Assembly (NCBI GenBank): GCA_008632985.1
Contig: QPGO01000067.1
Span: 62,001 to 126,000, forward strand
Origin: Psammoneis japonica
Lineage: Eukaryota
DNA length: 64,000 bases
Direction of reading: 5' to 3'
In this document: positions 13,262-24,010 of the stretch, piece after piece
Layout of the letters: every line of letters begins with the position of its first letter
Numbering within the stretch: the first letter of the stretch is position 1
Notes under the pieces: generated by a model
Databases searched by the model: none
What the model saw: only the letters and a program-made list of their open reading frames with translations
What the model was told of the DNA's origin: nothing
Made by a program: the position numbers and the translations under genes

Positions 13262-14141
13262 CTGCCAAGGCCCGGATCAGCGCAACGCAGAGAGGCAAAT
13301 AGTTGTGTTGGCGACGCTCATTCTCCAACTTCCACCCCTCTCGCTTGGTTTCCTGAAGAGCCAGTTCTGCTTCTAGCTGCTGGATAGCTTCCGGAGACGA
13401 CGCTTCGCTGATGGCCTTTTGGATGGGAATGCGACGATCTTGGGTAAGGGCCATGAGATTGAATTTGATTTCGGTGGAGGCATACAACTCCATTCGTTTC
13501 TGAATAGCCGTCCTGGCCACCTTGACCCAATCCAAAGGGGAGGAAGAATCCGAAGCAGCATAGTCACCAACAATAATTGGTCCACTCTGTAGGCCATCCA
13601 ACTCATACACAGTCCCCTTCACTGGCACGTAGGCTATGAAGTGAAACACATCATCGTCAGCAGTAGCAGCCCTCTTCTTTTCCTCCGAGAGAAAGGCATC
13701 TTTCCTCGCAAAAGAATTGTGAGCCGTACGGATTTCATCCGACGCGCCAATAGCCTCACCCCTCAAGTCGGGCGGAAAGGAGGACGTGAAGGAACGAAAC
13801 TCTGAGAGCGTCGATCCCAGCTCAATCTCCTCGTCAGGCTGATTCATAATCACAGAGAGAATCGCCTGCGTCGCACACGCGTTTGTCGTGACTTGCTTGG
13901 CGAAAAAGAGACCTTCTGGTACCTCCTCGAGAGGCTTGGGTGACTCAGCGACCGGCTGCTGATTGCTCTGCCACTTGAAGAGGAAGATCAATCCATACAC
14001 GGGTAAATCGTGAAAAGCTCCAACCAACGAGTCATCGTCAAGGGCATAGAGCTCGTCAACCTCCACACCCTTGACTCCAACGCTCTCCATAAGCTCGGTA
14101 AAGACACCAGGGTCTGATTCGATAGTGCACCAGTCGGACAT
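13179..14141 (-). CDS. UCHL5: Ubiquitin C-terminal hydrolase UCH37/UCHL5 (peptidase C12)
   Basis: WCTIESDPGVFTEL, FFAKQVTTNACATQAILS, FHFIAYVP..YELDGL, and the C-terminal ENERRQHNYLP domain. Confidence 0.92.
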   Translation of the reverse strand: MSDWCTIESDPGVFTELMESVGVKGVEVDELYALDDDSLVGAFHDLPVYGLIFLFKWQSNQQPVAESPKPLEEVPEGLFFAKQVTTNACATQAILSVIMNQPDEEIELGSTLSEFRSFTSSFPPDLRGEAIGASDEIRTAHNSFARKDAFLSEEKKRAATADDDVFHFIAYVPVKGTVYELDGLQSGPIIVGDYAASDSSSPLDWVKVARTAIQKRMELYASTEIKFNLMALTQDRRIPIQKAISEASSPEAIQQLEAELALQETKREGWKLENERRQHNYLPLCVALIRALAETGNLPELTTQAKERMASAKRAKLVKD

Positions 14142-14440
14142 GATTAGGCTGTAGTGTCTTGTTTGAGAAAAAGTAACGCTACCAGGTACGACGCACCCCG
14201 TCATTGTGGGTGCTGAAAAGGAGATCGACCGCGCGCGGCGGGAAGCGAAAAGGATTTCGCGCAAAGATTTCACGCGCGATGCGATGCGCGATTGATGATT
14301 CAGCCAGTCCACGATCCGCGAACCAATCCACGATCCGCGAATTTGAAATTCAACCCCCCCCCCCCGCCCCTTCACACTCTTTGGCTTTTCTGTTTTCTCT
14401 GTTCCCCCAAAAACCAATCAAAAAACAAAACAACGAGACC

Positions 14441-15053
14441 ATGTCGGAAGTCAACAACGAGAACGACAACATTACCATTATCCTCACGAGCAAGGATGAA
14501 CGGAGCTTTGAGCTACCGTACAAGGTTGCCAAGATTTCTGGTCTCGTGAGTGAATGGATCAGCGACCACGAAGCCGAGGATGGCCAAAAGATTCCGATTG
14601 ATTGCAACAATGTCGTTGGGACGTGCCTCGAAAAAATCGTGGAGTTTATGAAGCACTATGAACAAGGTAATGTGATGGAAGCGCTTTGTATTGTACTCTT
14701 CATGATGCCCAAAGTACCATTCTCACATTCTGTTTGCGTCTCTTTGGCATTCTTTAGAGCCACTAAATCCCATTCCGTTTCCCCTGGTGACGCCCGTTAC
14801 CTTGGAAGAAAACGTCAAGCAAGACTGGTATCGATCGTTCGTTGATGACTTGGATCGTGAAGACATTGCTGAACTCCTTACCGCTGCCAACTACATGCTC
14901 ATCAAGGAGCTTTTAGGCTTGTGCGCTCTGAAGATCACGACTCAGCTCTCTGGCGCGAATGCGGAAGAAGTACGCGAATATCTCGACCTGCCAAAGCTCA
15001 CCGATGAAAAGGAAGCCACGTGGCGAGCGGACCAGCCATGGATCTTTGAGTAA
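14441..15053 (+). CDS. Skp1-family protein (divergent), 2 exons
   Basis: IILTSKDERSFEL..AKISGLV..LEKIVEFMKH. Intron 14668-14758. LLTAANYMLIKELLGLCALKI..EEVREYL..PWIFE. Confidence 0.85.
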
Positions 15054-15225
15054 GAGCAGAACTTATTCGTTTGGGTACTTCAGGTGGGTGGTAGTGGGGG
15101 GCTTGGGAGCAAAGACGCTGTAGTCGAAATTGATATACTGCACTAAGTTTGAGCCTAGAGATTGTTCTGTCTACTCGTGTTCTCGAAATTAAAGGTATCA
15201 AGGGTATGTTTTTTTCTGGGTCGAA

Positions 15226-16667
15226 CTAAAGTTCATCGCCGCCATCTTTGCCGCCCCCGCAGGCGCAACAAGCATCATTTGCCTGCACTCCGTCAGCATC
15301 CTCGTCGAAACCGAATTCAACGCACCAGTTGTTTTCTTCATAATCCTGATCAATTATTATTGTCAAAGCACAGGCCGTGTCAGAAACAAAGGTATAAAAT
15401 ACAAAAAGCAAACGGTTCTAAAGAAACACGACGCTCGTACCTCGCACGTCTCTCCGGTTTCAGCATTTTTCCAACCCGCAAAGTTCTGACAACTCTCGTC
15501 GTAAGGCGGCGGACATCCGGGTACAGCCAGATTATACAGAGCTTCCTCGGCCTTTCCAGACTCTAACGCATCAGGACTCCTCACCATTTCACAGAGACAC
15601 TCTTCTAGAAGCTCAAACTCGAGGAGAGACTCTCTAGCATCGGGTCCAGCCAGGGCAAGATTCCGGAGAAGCCCGACTGCCGCCCAAGGAACAATGGCGG
15701 GCGACGATTCATCGCCTTCTGTATCTTTGGATACTTCTGCAAGCGAAGGCCACGCATGGTAGTTGTTCTCCTCCTCGAGAAGGGCGTGATGAGGAAGGTG
15801 GACGGGGCCCGCACAAGCGTAATCCACCAGCTGGTGCAACACGGCTTCATCCGCGTAATGCATAATCTCCGTGCGAACTTTTTGGGCGTCAACTGTTAGC
15901 TTACCATGCTGCTCATGTATTTTGAGTACGTCCTTACCATCTTTTTCTTCTGTCCATTCCCACCAGCAATGGCCAGTCTCACTAGCGCAGTAACTAGCTG
16001 CCAAATTCTGCAAAGCAGCGGCACTCCACATTTTTGGGAGCGAGCAAATGTGCCGTTCTTGGCCGCAATGAGGATCAATAATCACTTCTGAAAGAGCAGA
16101 TACTGCACCAGCTTCAACGAATCCAGCATGATTTAGTGGACTGTTGAACGAAAGTATCCAAATAGCCTCGGCGGCGTTGGCCACAGCCGTAGCAGCTTCC
16201 TTTGCATCCTTAGATTCGTCGCGGTAATTGTCAGCAGCTTTTTCGTCTGCAAAGACAGTTCTGCCATTACGAATCAACCTTACAAGGCCCGAATGAACCG
16301 TGTGTTTGAAACTGTTGTCGGTATGAAACACATTTCCAATCGCCTCACGATTTTCAGGGTGATTGGTTGTACACAGAGCCAATGCTTCTGCCGCTTTGCC
16401 TTGTGTTACCAGTCCTAAATCGACATTTGTCACCGTGGCGACCAAAGCCGGAATAGCGTCGGGGCAAATGATTTTTTGCTGTTCTGATGTCTCTTCGGTT
16501 GGGCTTGGCCGCACAATGTTGAAATCTTCTCCTCGAAGACTTGTGACCATCTTTTTGAGTGCTTCAAGATCCAACGTTTTTGGGCCTTCTTGGGCATCTT
16601 GAGAAACAACCTCTTTGTTCCAGATACCGCTACAAAACAACAAGCCTGCGCTCCAGGAAACCTTCAT
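15226..16667 (-). CDS. Secreted/ER armadillo-like helical-repeat protein with a C-terminal Cys motif (ACCACGGG) ending GDEL
   Basis: Signal-like N-terminus and ARM-like motifs (AAEALAL..NREAIG, AAEAIWILSF, SAAALQNLA). Intron 15440-15346. Paralogue at 50742-52201. Confidence 0.75.
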
Positions 16668-19009
16668 TGTGATATCGTAATGTCTTTAACAACTGCTTCT
16701 ATACACCAACAACTAAAAGGTAAGGTCACGAATGCAATAGAGTGCCCGATCGCCGATCGGCTGCAGAAATTAATGACTGTGTCTGTCTCGCCAAAATCTT
16801 GCCCCAAAATGTCAGAAAAAAAATGTGACGGGGGGGGGCTGCTGTCAGGCAGTTCAGGAGAGACAGAGGGAGCTGCTCGTCAACAACGGGCCTGCGATGC
16901 AGCAGAGCCAGCTTCAGTGGACAAATGGGTTCAGATTGGTTTGCAATTGAGTCCCAAGCAATGCAAGAAGTGGAGCAAGCAAAAGAGAAAACTGCCAATC
17001 TGTGCTCTTGTGTTTTGTGTTTGAACATGATCAGTGGCCAGCCTCCTGTGTGCAAACAAAAAGTGCAAGTGAGCCAATTTTGCAAACCTCGCCCATGCCA
17101 GGATGGGGCACAATGAGGCAGTCATTCAGCTCAATCTTTGTTGTGCTTTTTCCCAATGCAGTCAACAAAAGTCCCTGTGTTGGAAAGTCAGCCATCATCA
17201 TGCCCCTTTCAGAGAGCTGAAGCAGCACCCACCACCCACACTTTGCCTTTTGGCTTCAACAGCTGAGATGCTTCTCTTGCCAAAGTTGCACCCGCAGATG
17301 ATGGAACAGGGTTGTCAGCACAACACTGCTGTTCACAGCACCACAACAAGGGGGTGGGGGCATGCTCTCTCTTGCATGATGAGCAACAGAATCGCCAGCT
17401 GCTGCTGTTCAAAATTCTTCTGCATCGCAACACAGTGCTGCTCTTCTTCTTCAACACCTTGTGCAATGATGCCAACAACCTCACAAGAATTTGTTGTCTC
17501 ATCCTCACCACAAAGCACTGTTGCAATCATTGCACACAATTCTTGAGGAGCAGTGCTGTGCATTTGTCCTTGCAAACGGCGCAACTTCAAAACAAGTTCT
17601 TTGAGCTGGCGGTGCTGGCGGGCAGTGGCATCATTGGTGGCCCAAAGAAGACTGTCTGACAATGGGAGCTTGCAAATTGTTGTTGCTGCAGACACAGCAG
17701 AGTTGCAAAAAAAGTGTGTGTCAACTGGGGGTCAAGAGATGTGCAGAGGCAGCTCGTTGTTGCAGCTCCTCATGATCATGGGGTTGGCCCAGCAATTTGG
17801 CAGCAAACTCATTTTTGTCCAAAGAGCACCATCAAGGCAGCAATGCAACCCAGTGCTGTGCTGACATTGCACCATGCTCCAATTGGTGCCCATTCTCTAT
17901 TTGGCATCACTTGGGAGATGTCAGAGCTTTTGCCTGCCAGAAGAGAACAGCAAGTGGGAGTCATGAGTTTTGCATGATGTTTTTGGTTTGGAGAGACAGT
18001 TTGGCAATGATGCAGCTTCCACTCACGTTTGTGCAATGTTGTGGCACAGTGTTCTCTTCAGGCTCAACTTGTGTGCCAATTTGTTTGTCAAGGGTGGTGA
18101 AAGCATCAGCTTTCTACATTGTTCTGAAAGCCACCTGCTTTCATCATGCCACGCTTCCAACCTCATGCCTTTTCTTGTGGCTTTTGTTTGTTTCATTGCT
18201 CACAGTGCTTGGCTCTGCTGTTGCCTTTCCGCAATTCTGTCATTCCACAGGATGCTTAGATGGCTTTCTGTGTTTTGTGTGTTGCATGTTGTGTGGCAGC
18301 AATGATGTGTTTTTGGCGCAATGCAAAGCCAGTCAGCCTGGTGATCATTCTCTGCATCATTTTGTGACTTGTCATTTTTCATGTCTTTTTCTTTGTCATG
18401 TGCATTTTTGAAGGTTTGTGTTGTTTAAATCAAATCAAGTGAGTGACAGGCAGGACTGGCCTTGGTTGACCAACAATTTCATTCAAGCAACGTTCTTTGT
18501 TTGCAAGCAGGATGTTCAACATTGAACCAATCTAGAGCGCACGTGTTGTGCAAGATTGATGTTTTCATTCTCTGTGATCTCAGTCAGCTCTTGTTGAGAA
18601 TGCAATTTTCACTTTGCACTGATCCAAACAGCTTGTCCATGTGTCAGTGTCTGTCAGACTCTGCTGTTGCAGCTGGTTTTTGCACAGCTGATCCAGATTC
18701 ACACAACAACCTTTGTTGCAGCTGTGCTCACATCATGGTTGAAACTTGTGTGCAGGACAAGGTCAGAAGGGGGCATGGAGTTGGTTGTGCAGGAAGTGTT
18801 GGACCCCTGCAAAAAGAGCTCATTGAATTGCTCAAGCAACAACTTGGCTTGTCCACTGCACTCATGGCAGCCCTGCCTGCCAGCACAGCAGCATCCAGGG
18901 ACAGCACCTCCCATCATGTTGTCACTGCCAGCAACAACATGCTTCAAACTCTCAGCTTTGTGATGCTGCAAATGATGACACCCACAGTGCCCAAGAACAG
19001 CAAAGCTGA

Positions 19010-19970
19010 AAGGTTGATCTCATGGCATTGTGCCCCTGGTCACATTGCCCCCCAACAGCAGCAGACTTGACTTCCCCAACTCTGAGCTGCGCAGATCCCA
19101 TCATGGTGCCAACCAACCTGACAACTGCCAGCACAGGGCATTGGTGGTTTTTGGTGGACCCCAGGCAAGACTTCAAGAGTTGTTCTTGGGCATTGTTGCA
19201 AGGTTGGTCTTGTTGTGCTGTGGCCATGTGTCACCTTGTGCTCAACAACAGCAGACTTGAACTTCCAAGTTCAAAAGCAAAAGGATCCCACAATGGCGCC
19301 AACTGACCTGACAACTGCAAGCTGAGGAAATTGGCGGTCTTTGGCAGACCCCATGCAACAGTTTGAGAGCTGTGGCTGGGCGATGTGAGGTTGATGTTGT
19401 GGTGGAGTTTCCCCATTTCCCTTTGACCCCAACAGCAGCAGACTTGAGCTTCCAAGCTCCAAAGTGCAGGGATCCCATGGTGGTGCCAACCAACCCAGCA
19501 ACTGCTGCAGAGGGCACTGGCGGTGGCTGGGAGACCCCAGGCAGCACTTTGAAAACTGTGGTTGGGCATTGCAAGGTTGATGTTGTTGTGGTGCCCCATG
19601 TCAGCTTGTGCCCAACAGGAGCAGACTTGAACTTGCAAACTTCTCAATTGGAGGATCCCATGATGGTGCCAACTGACCTGACAGCTGCAAACTGAGGGCA
19701 CTGGCAGTGTCTGATTCACACCTGGTTTGACTTTGAGAGCTGTTGTTGGGCATTGCAAGGTTGATCTTGTGCTGTTGTGGCCCCACATCACCTTGTTCCC
19801 AACAGGAGCAGACTTGAGCTTCCAGACTCCAGTGCAAAAGGATCCCTCCAATGGCACCAACCAACCTGCCCCAACTTCCAGCAGAGGGCACTGGTGCAGT
19901 GTCTGTTGGATCCAGGAGGGCAAGATTTGTCAAAAAGTGTGCTTGGGCATTGCAAGGCTGATCTTGTGGC
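19010..19970. repeat. Degenerate tandem repeat, about 5 units of 182-190 bp
   Basis: The anchor aacagcagcagacttga (with variants) recurs at about 19054, 19244, 19431, 19613 and 19801. Confidence 0.88.
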
Positions 19971-22900
19971 AAGGATTGAATGATCCTGTCTTTGAATCCA
20001 TGTCTGTGGCAGCTCCTTGGTTCTTTCTGCGTCCATTTAAGCAGAGTTGGAGTTGGTGTGTTTCCTGTGACTGCTGACGAAAAAGACTCAGATTCAGACA
20101 TGGAAGCCAAGGAAGGAAGATTTTGCAAGATGCACAAGGTGAGCTTGAAGAATGTGGTTGCTTGTGTGGTGGCTTGAGTCTGCCGCCACCTCCTGACCCT
20201 GCACTGTGCTGAACAAGGAACAACTGAAGGTGTGTGCCCACAACTGCCACTTTTCACATTGTCACAATGCAGATCTCACAAGGTTGCACCACATCCTGAT
20301 TCTGTGAATGTGTGTTTTTCACTTGGATTTGCTGTTTTAGAACATTTGCACCAATGCTGCCACAGGGATTGCCCGGGGGGGGGGGGGGCTGAAAAGCCTT
20401 GGCTGCATCATTGGTTTTTTGTGAGTGGGGAAAGCCAAGGCTTGTGCATCATGCTGGTGCTGGATGCAATGAGGGCATTCCATGGCACAAGCGATTGTTG
20501 CAAAATCCTGGATGGCAAAAAAGGGCTCCCTGTGCATGATGAGTTTGTTGCCAAGTTGCACAAGGAATGAGGAGAATGGCACAAAAAGTGAAACAAATGT
20601 GGAGGATCAGGCAAAATGATTTGTGAGCAATGTGGTTGAGAACAGTTTGGTTGGCACATTTGCAGCACCTGATTTAAGCAAGAGAGTCAGCAAGGACAAG
20701 AAAGGATTGAGTCAAAGTTGTCCTTTTAAGATGTGCTGCACAAGTGGCAAGCGCCCTTCTTGCATCATCATCCTGGGCTTGTGCTGCCTCAAGATCACTG
20801 GCATCTCACTCATCCTGAATGTGCAACAGCCAGAGCAGAGCCAAGAAAAGGTGTGACAACACCTGGGGTCACATGACCCAGTTGTTAAAAAAGTCCATTG
20901 TTTGGGACCAGCACTGTTGGCTGGAAACCTCAACTCAGGCAGCACTGAAAACAATTGCAACAAAGAAGTGGCAGTCTTGTTTCTGGTTTTTTGTCATTTT
21001 TTGCAAAGTGGTGGATTCACTCATCAATGCAGACAGAGCACAATTGTGAACCTGCTTGAGTGCAGTTGTTTTGTCACCCTCCATTCTGTGTCCCCAACTC
21101 AACAGCTCACCTTGACAACTTCCAATGTCCATGTGAGCGTTTTGCCATCTTGCTCCTTTTGCTGTCTTTCAGCTCAACACATGGCACCTCATCTTTGGTT
21201 CACACCACACATTGTTCCATCAGCAGCTTTTCCACTTTGCATGAGGTTGTCATTGCCACCCAAAACTTTTCAGATGAGTTTGCCTTGGTCCAATTGCATT
21301 TCCAGGCTCCAGTGCAACACACTCCAAGAGCTGTGCAGGCTGGAGAGCAGAGTTTGCACAACAGCTCTGACTTCAACAATGTCTGACCCCTAGTCCAATC
21401 AGAACATGCAAAATGATGGCCTGTTGAAAGCCACAGCAACAGCAATGCCACACTCTTTGGTCAATCTTCACATTGTTGCGTTGCTGATTTCTCTGAGCAA
21501 CAGCCTGCTCTGGTTGTTCTTTTGCCATGCCAATGACTCCCATGACAAAATGTGCAATCAACAGGTTGCTGAACATTGTTTGCAGCCAATCATTTCCAAC
21601 AATGCCAAGCACACAATGTTGTTCAAGAGACACAAAAGGCACTGTTGGATGGCAAGCAACATTGGGGTAAAGAGGTGTTTGGTGCAAACAAATGATTCTC
21701 ATGGACTTCAGGAGGAACAACAGCCAATTTTCAAGTCAATTTCTGCCATTCTTTCCTGTTGTTGGTTGTGTGTGCATGCTGGAATCACCTTTTGCACTGC
21801 AGATCAATGGTGCATGCAACTGCAATTGCCCCTGCATGTCTCTGGATGGGTGGCTTGGCCAATGAGAAATGATGACACCAAGAGGTGGCAAAAGTGGTGC
21901 AATTGTGTTGCAAACAAAAAAGCATTTTTTGCATTTGTTTTCACTCTTTCCTGGAACACCAGTGTCAGGCAGTTGTGCAGCAGAAACACCCTGAAATGCA
22001 GGCAATGGGCAATCAAATGAAAGACCTTCCAACCAACTGAACAAACTCTCAACAAGATCCAAAAGTTTTCAAAATGAAACACTGCACATTCAATGCCATT
22101 GCAGCCATCACCTGTGAACATCAATCTCATTGTAAAAAAAATGCCAGATGTGCAATTGGAACAGCCAACCACAGTGAAACAGTTCATGAATCAAATGGCA
22201 GAACAAGCACAACAGTTGACATTTGTAAAAATTGTGTGTTGGTGGAAATTGCAGTCACAAATGTGAAAACTGCAGTCTTTGTCCATTGCTCTTCTTGTCA
22301 AGTGCAGAAACATGTTGCAGACAATTGAGCAGAAGCTCACAAGCAAACAAGAATCACAGGTGCATGCTGTCATGCTTGGAAACATGGCACACTCATCAGC
22401 ACAAGACATGGAGTTTGACAAGGATGGCAGTGGTGCCCTTTCAGCCACAGCTTTCTCCAAATTTTCTGTGGCACATGTCACCACACAGGCAAGTCCCACA
22501 CAGTTTGTCTTTGAACTTGATGCAGCTTTGCATGTTGCCCATTGCACTGAGTGGAAGCACATCCAAGACAGAAAGCAGAAGTGGGTGTGCTTGAATGACA
22601 AGCGCAAGAACACAGAATGGAAAGAGCAGCAACCAATGGCAGGCAGCTGGCATTTGCCAAACAAGAGCAGTTGTGCAGGTTCTGCCAGAGTTGTCTGTGC
22701 CTGTGTGCTGACAACATGCACAATGTGCAGCAGATTGTGCCCTGTCACCAGCAAGCACTGTGCTGGCAATGTGGCAAGACCACGCAGATCCCAAACACAG
22801 GCATCATGCTGCAGCAGTGTCAGCACATGCCATGGAAGCACAGAGAGGGTTCCCTGGAGGCTGGCAACTCAGGCATTTTAGAAGTGAGCATCCGCACATG

Positions 22901-23882
22901 ATGTGTGTTTGCACTGACAGTTGACAGGCTGCCAGTGTAAAGGAAGAACAGCACATGGGGGCTGCACACCTGTGTGCATGTGATGTGCACAAGCGGGGTT
23001 GGAGAAACTCAGATGCAGCTGACTGGGTGTGTCCCAAGCTGTGAGCCAACATGAGAATTTGTGCAATTCCCACTCACTCAACTCCACTTTGCAAAAACAA
23101 AAAACCAATCTCACAATTTCCACAGCAAAACTTTCAACAACCTGCCATCTCTGTGAAGTGACAGTGCATGAGGCACCAAGCCTTCAAGCTCAACTTCTTC
23201 AACACCATGTTGGAGCTGTGTGAAAAATTTCCTGCAGCACCAGTGCAGGGAATCTCCTTCTCTGCCACATTTTCTGACAAAGCACAGTGATCAAAAGAGG
23301 CTGAGTGCAGCCTCAACAGCAAACAAGAAAGCACAAAATTGAGCCACACATCAACAAGTGCCAAAGATTTTGCTGGAAAGCCACTCTAAAGCAGAAATGA
23401 GTTCTGTTGCTCTGTGTGACAGCAGCTCTAAATGCCTCATTGGTGTGAAAGAAAACAGGTTGACCAGTCTGTGCTGAGCATGACAAGGCAATCCCATGAG
23501 CTGTGAGGTGACAGAAATGAACAAACAAGGCATGGCTCATGACCTTGCACCAAGCAAAATCACCAACTTAACAGCAGCGCTGGGCACTGAACCAAGAGAA
23601 ACTTTATGCTGTGTGCTGCTGCAAGCACAAGACAATTTGAGGTGGCACTGCCACAGAGGTGATTTCAGTCACTTTGCATTTTCGCAGCAGGAGTCATTCA
23701 AAAATGTTGCGCCAGTCACAGCTGGTGTGTTTTGCATGAAGAAAAACCCAAAATCGTGTGGAGGTGCACACTCCTTGTGTCATGCAAGAGAGTGATTGGA
23801 GCCAATGACTTTTTGGGAACTCAATTGAAATGCCATCTGATCAATGGCTGGCCTTCACTGTGTAAATCAAGATCAGACAGCA

Positions 23883-24010
23883 TGTTTCAATTGATTTCCC
23901 GAGAAGTTGACATTCACACACAGACAGATGGACAAACTGACAGCGACAATTTTTGGCACTCTCCCACACAAATTCTACGTGATGACTCTGAGGACCCGAA
24001 TCATTCCTGT
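23883..24010 (+). repeat. Mutated copy of the short dispersed element at 30860-30987
   Basis: tttcccgagaag..cattcacacacagacagatggac..ttctacgtgatgactctgaggacccgaatcattcct aligns with 30860-30987. Confidence 0.85.

Noticed and set aside
14142..14417. N-terminal extension of UCH37 in the ORF track
   Set aside because: Family homology starts at MSDWCTIESDP. The extension runs through the divergent promoter.
16738..16762. tagagtgcccgatcg as the left TIR of one giant hAT element spanning block 1
   Set aside because: I could not find a matching inverted copy or an 8-bp target duplication near 30.2 kb.
19010..19970. CRISPR-like array
   Set aside because: Whole units are homologous with no unique spacers. 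The context is eukaryotic and no cas genes are visible.
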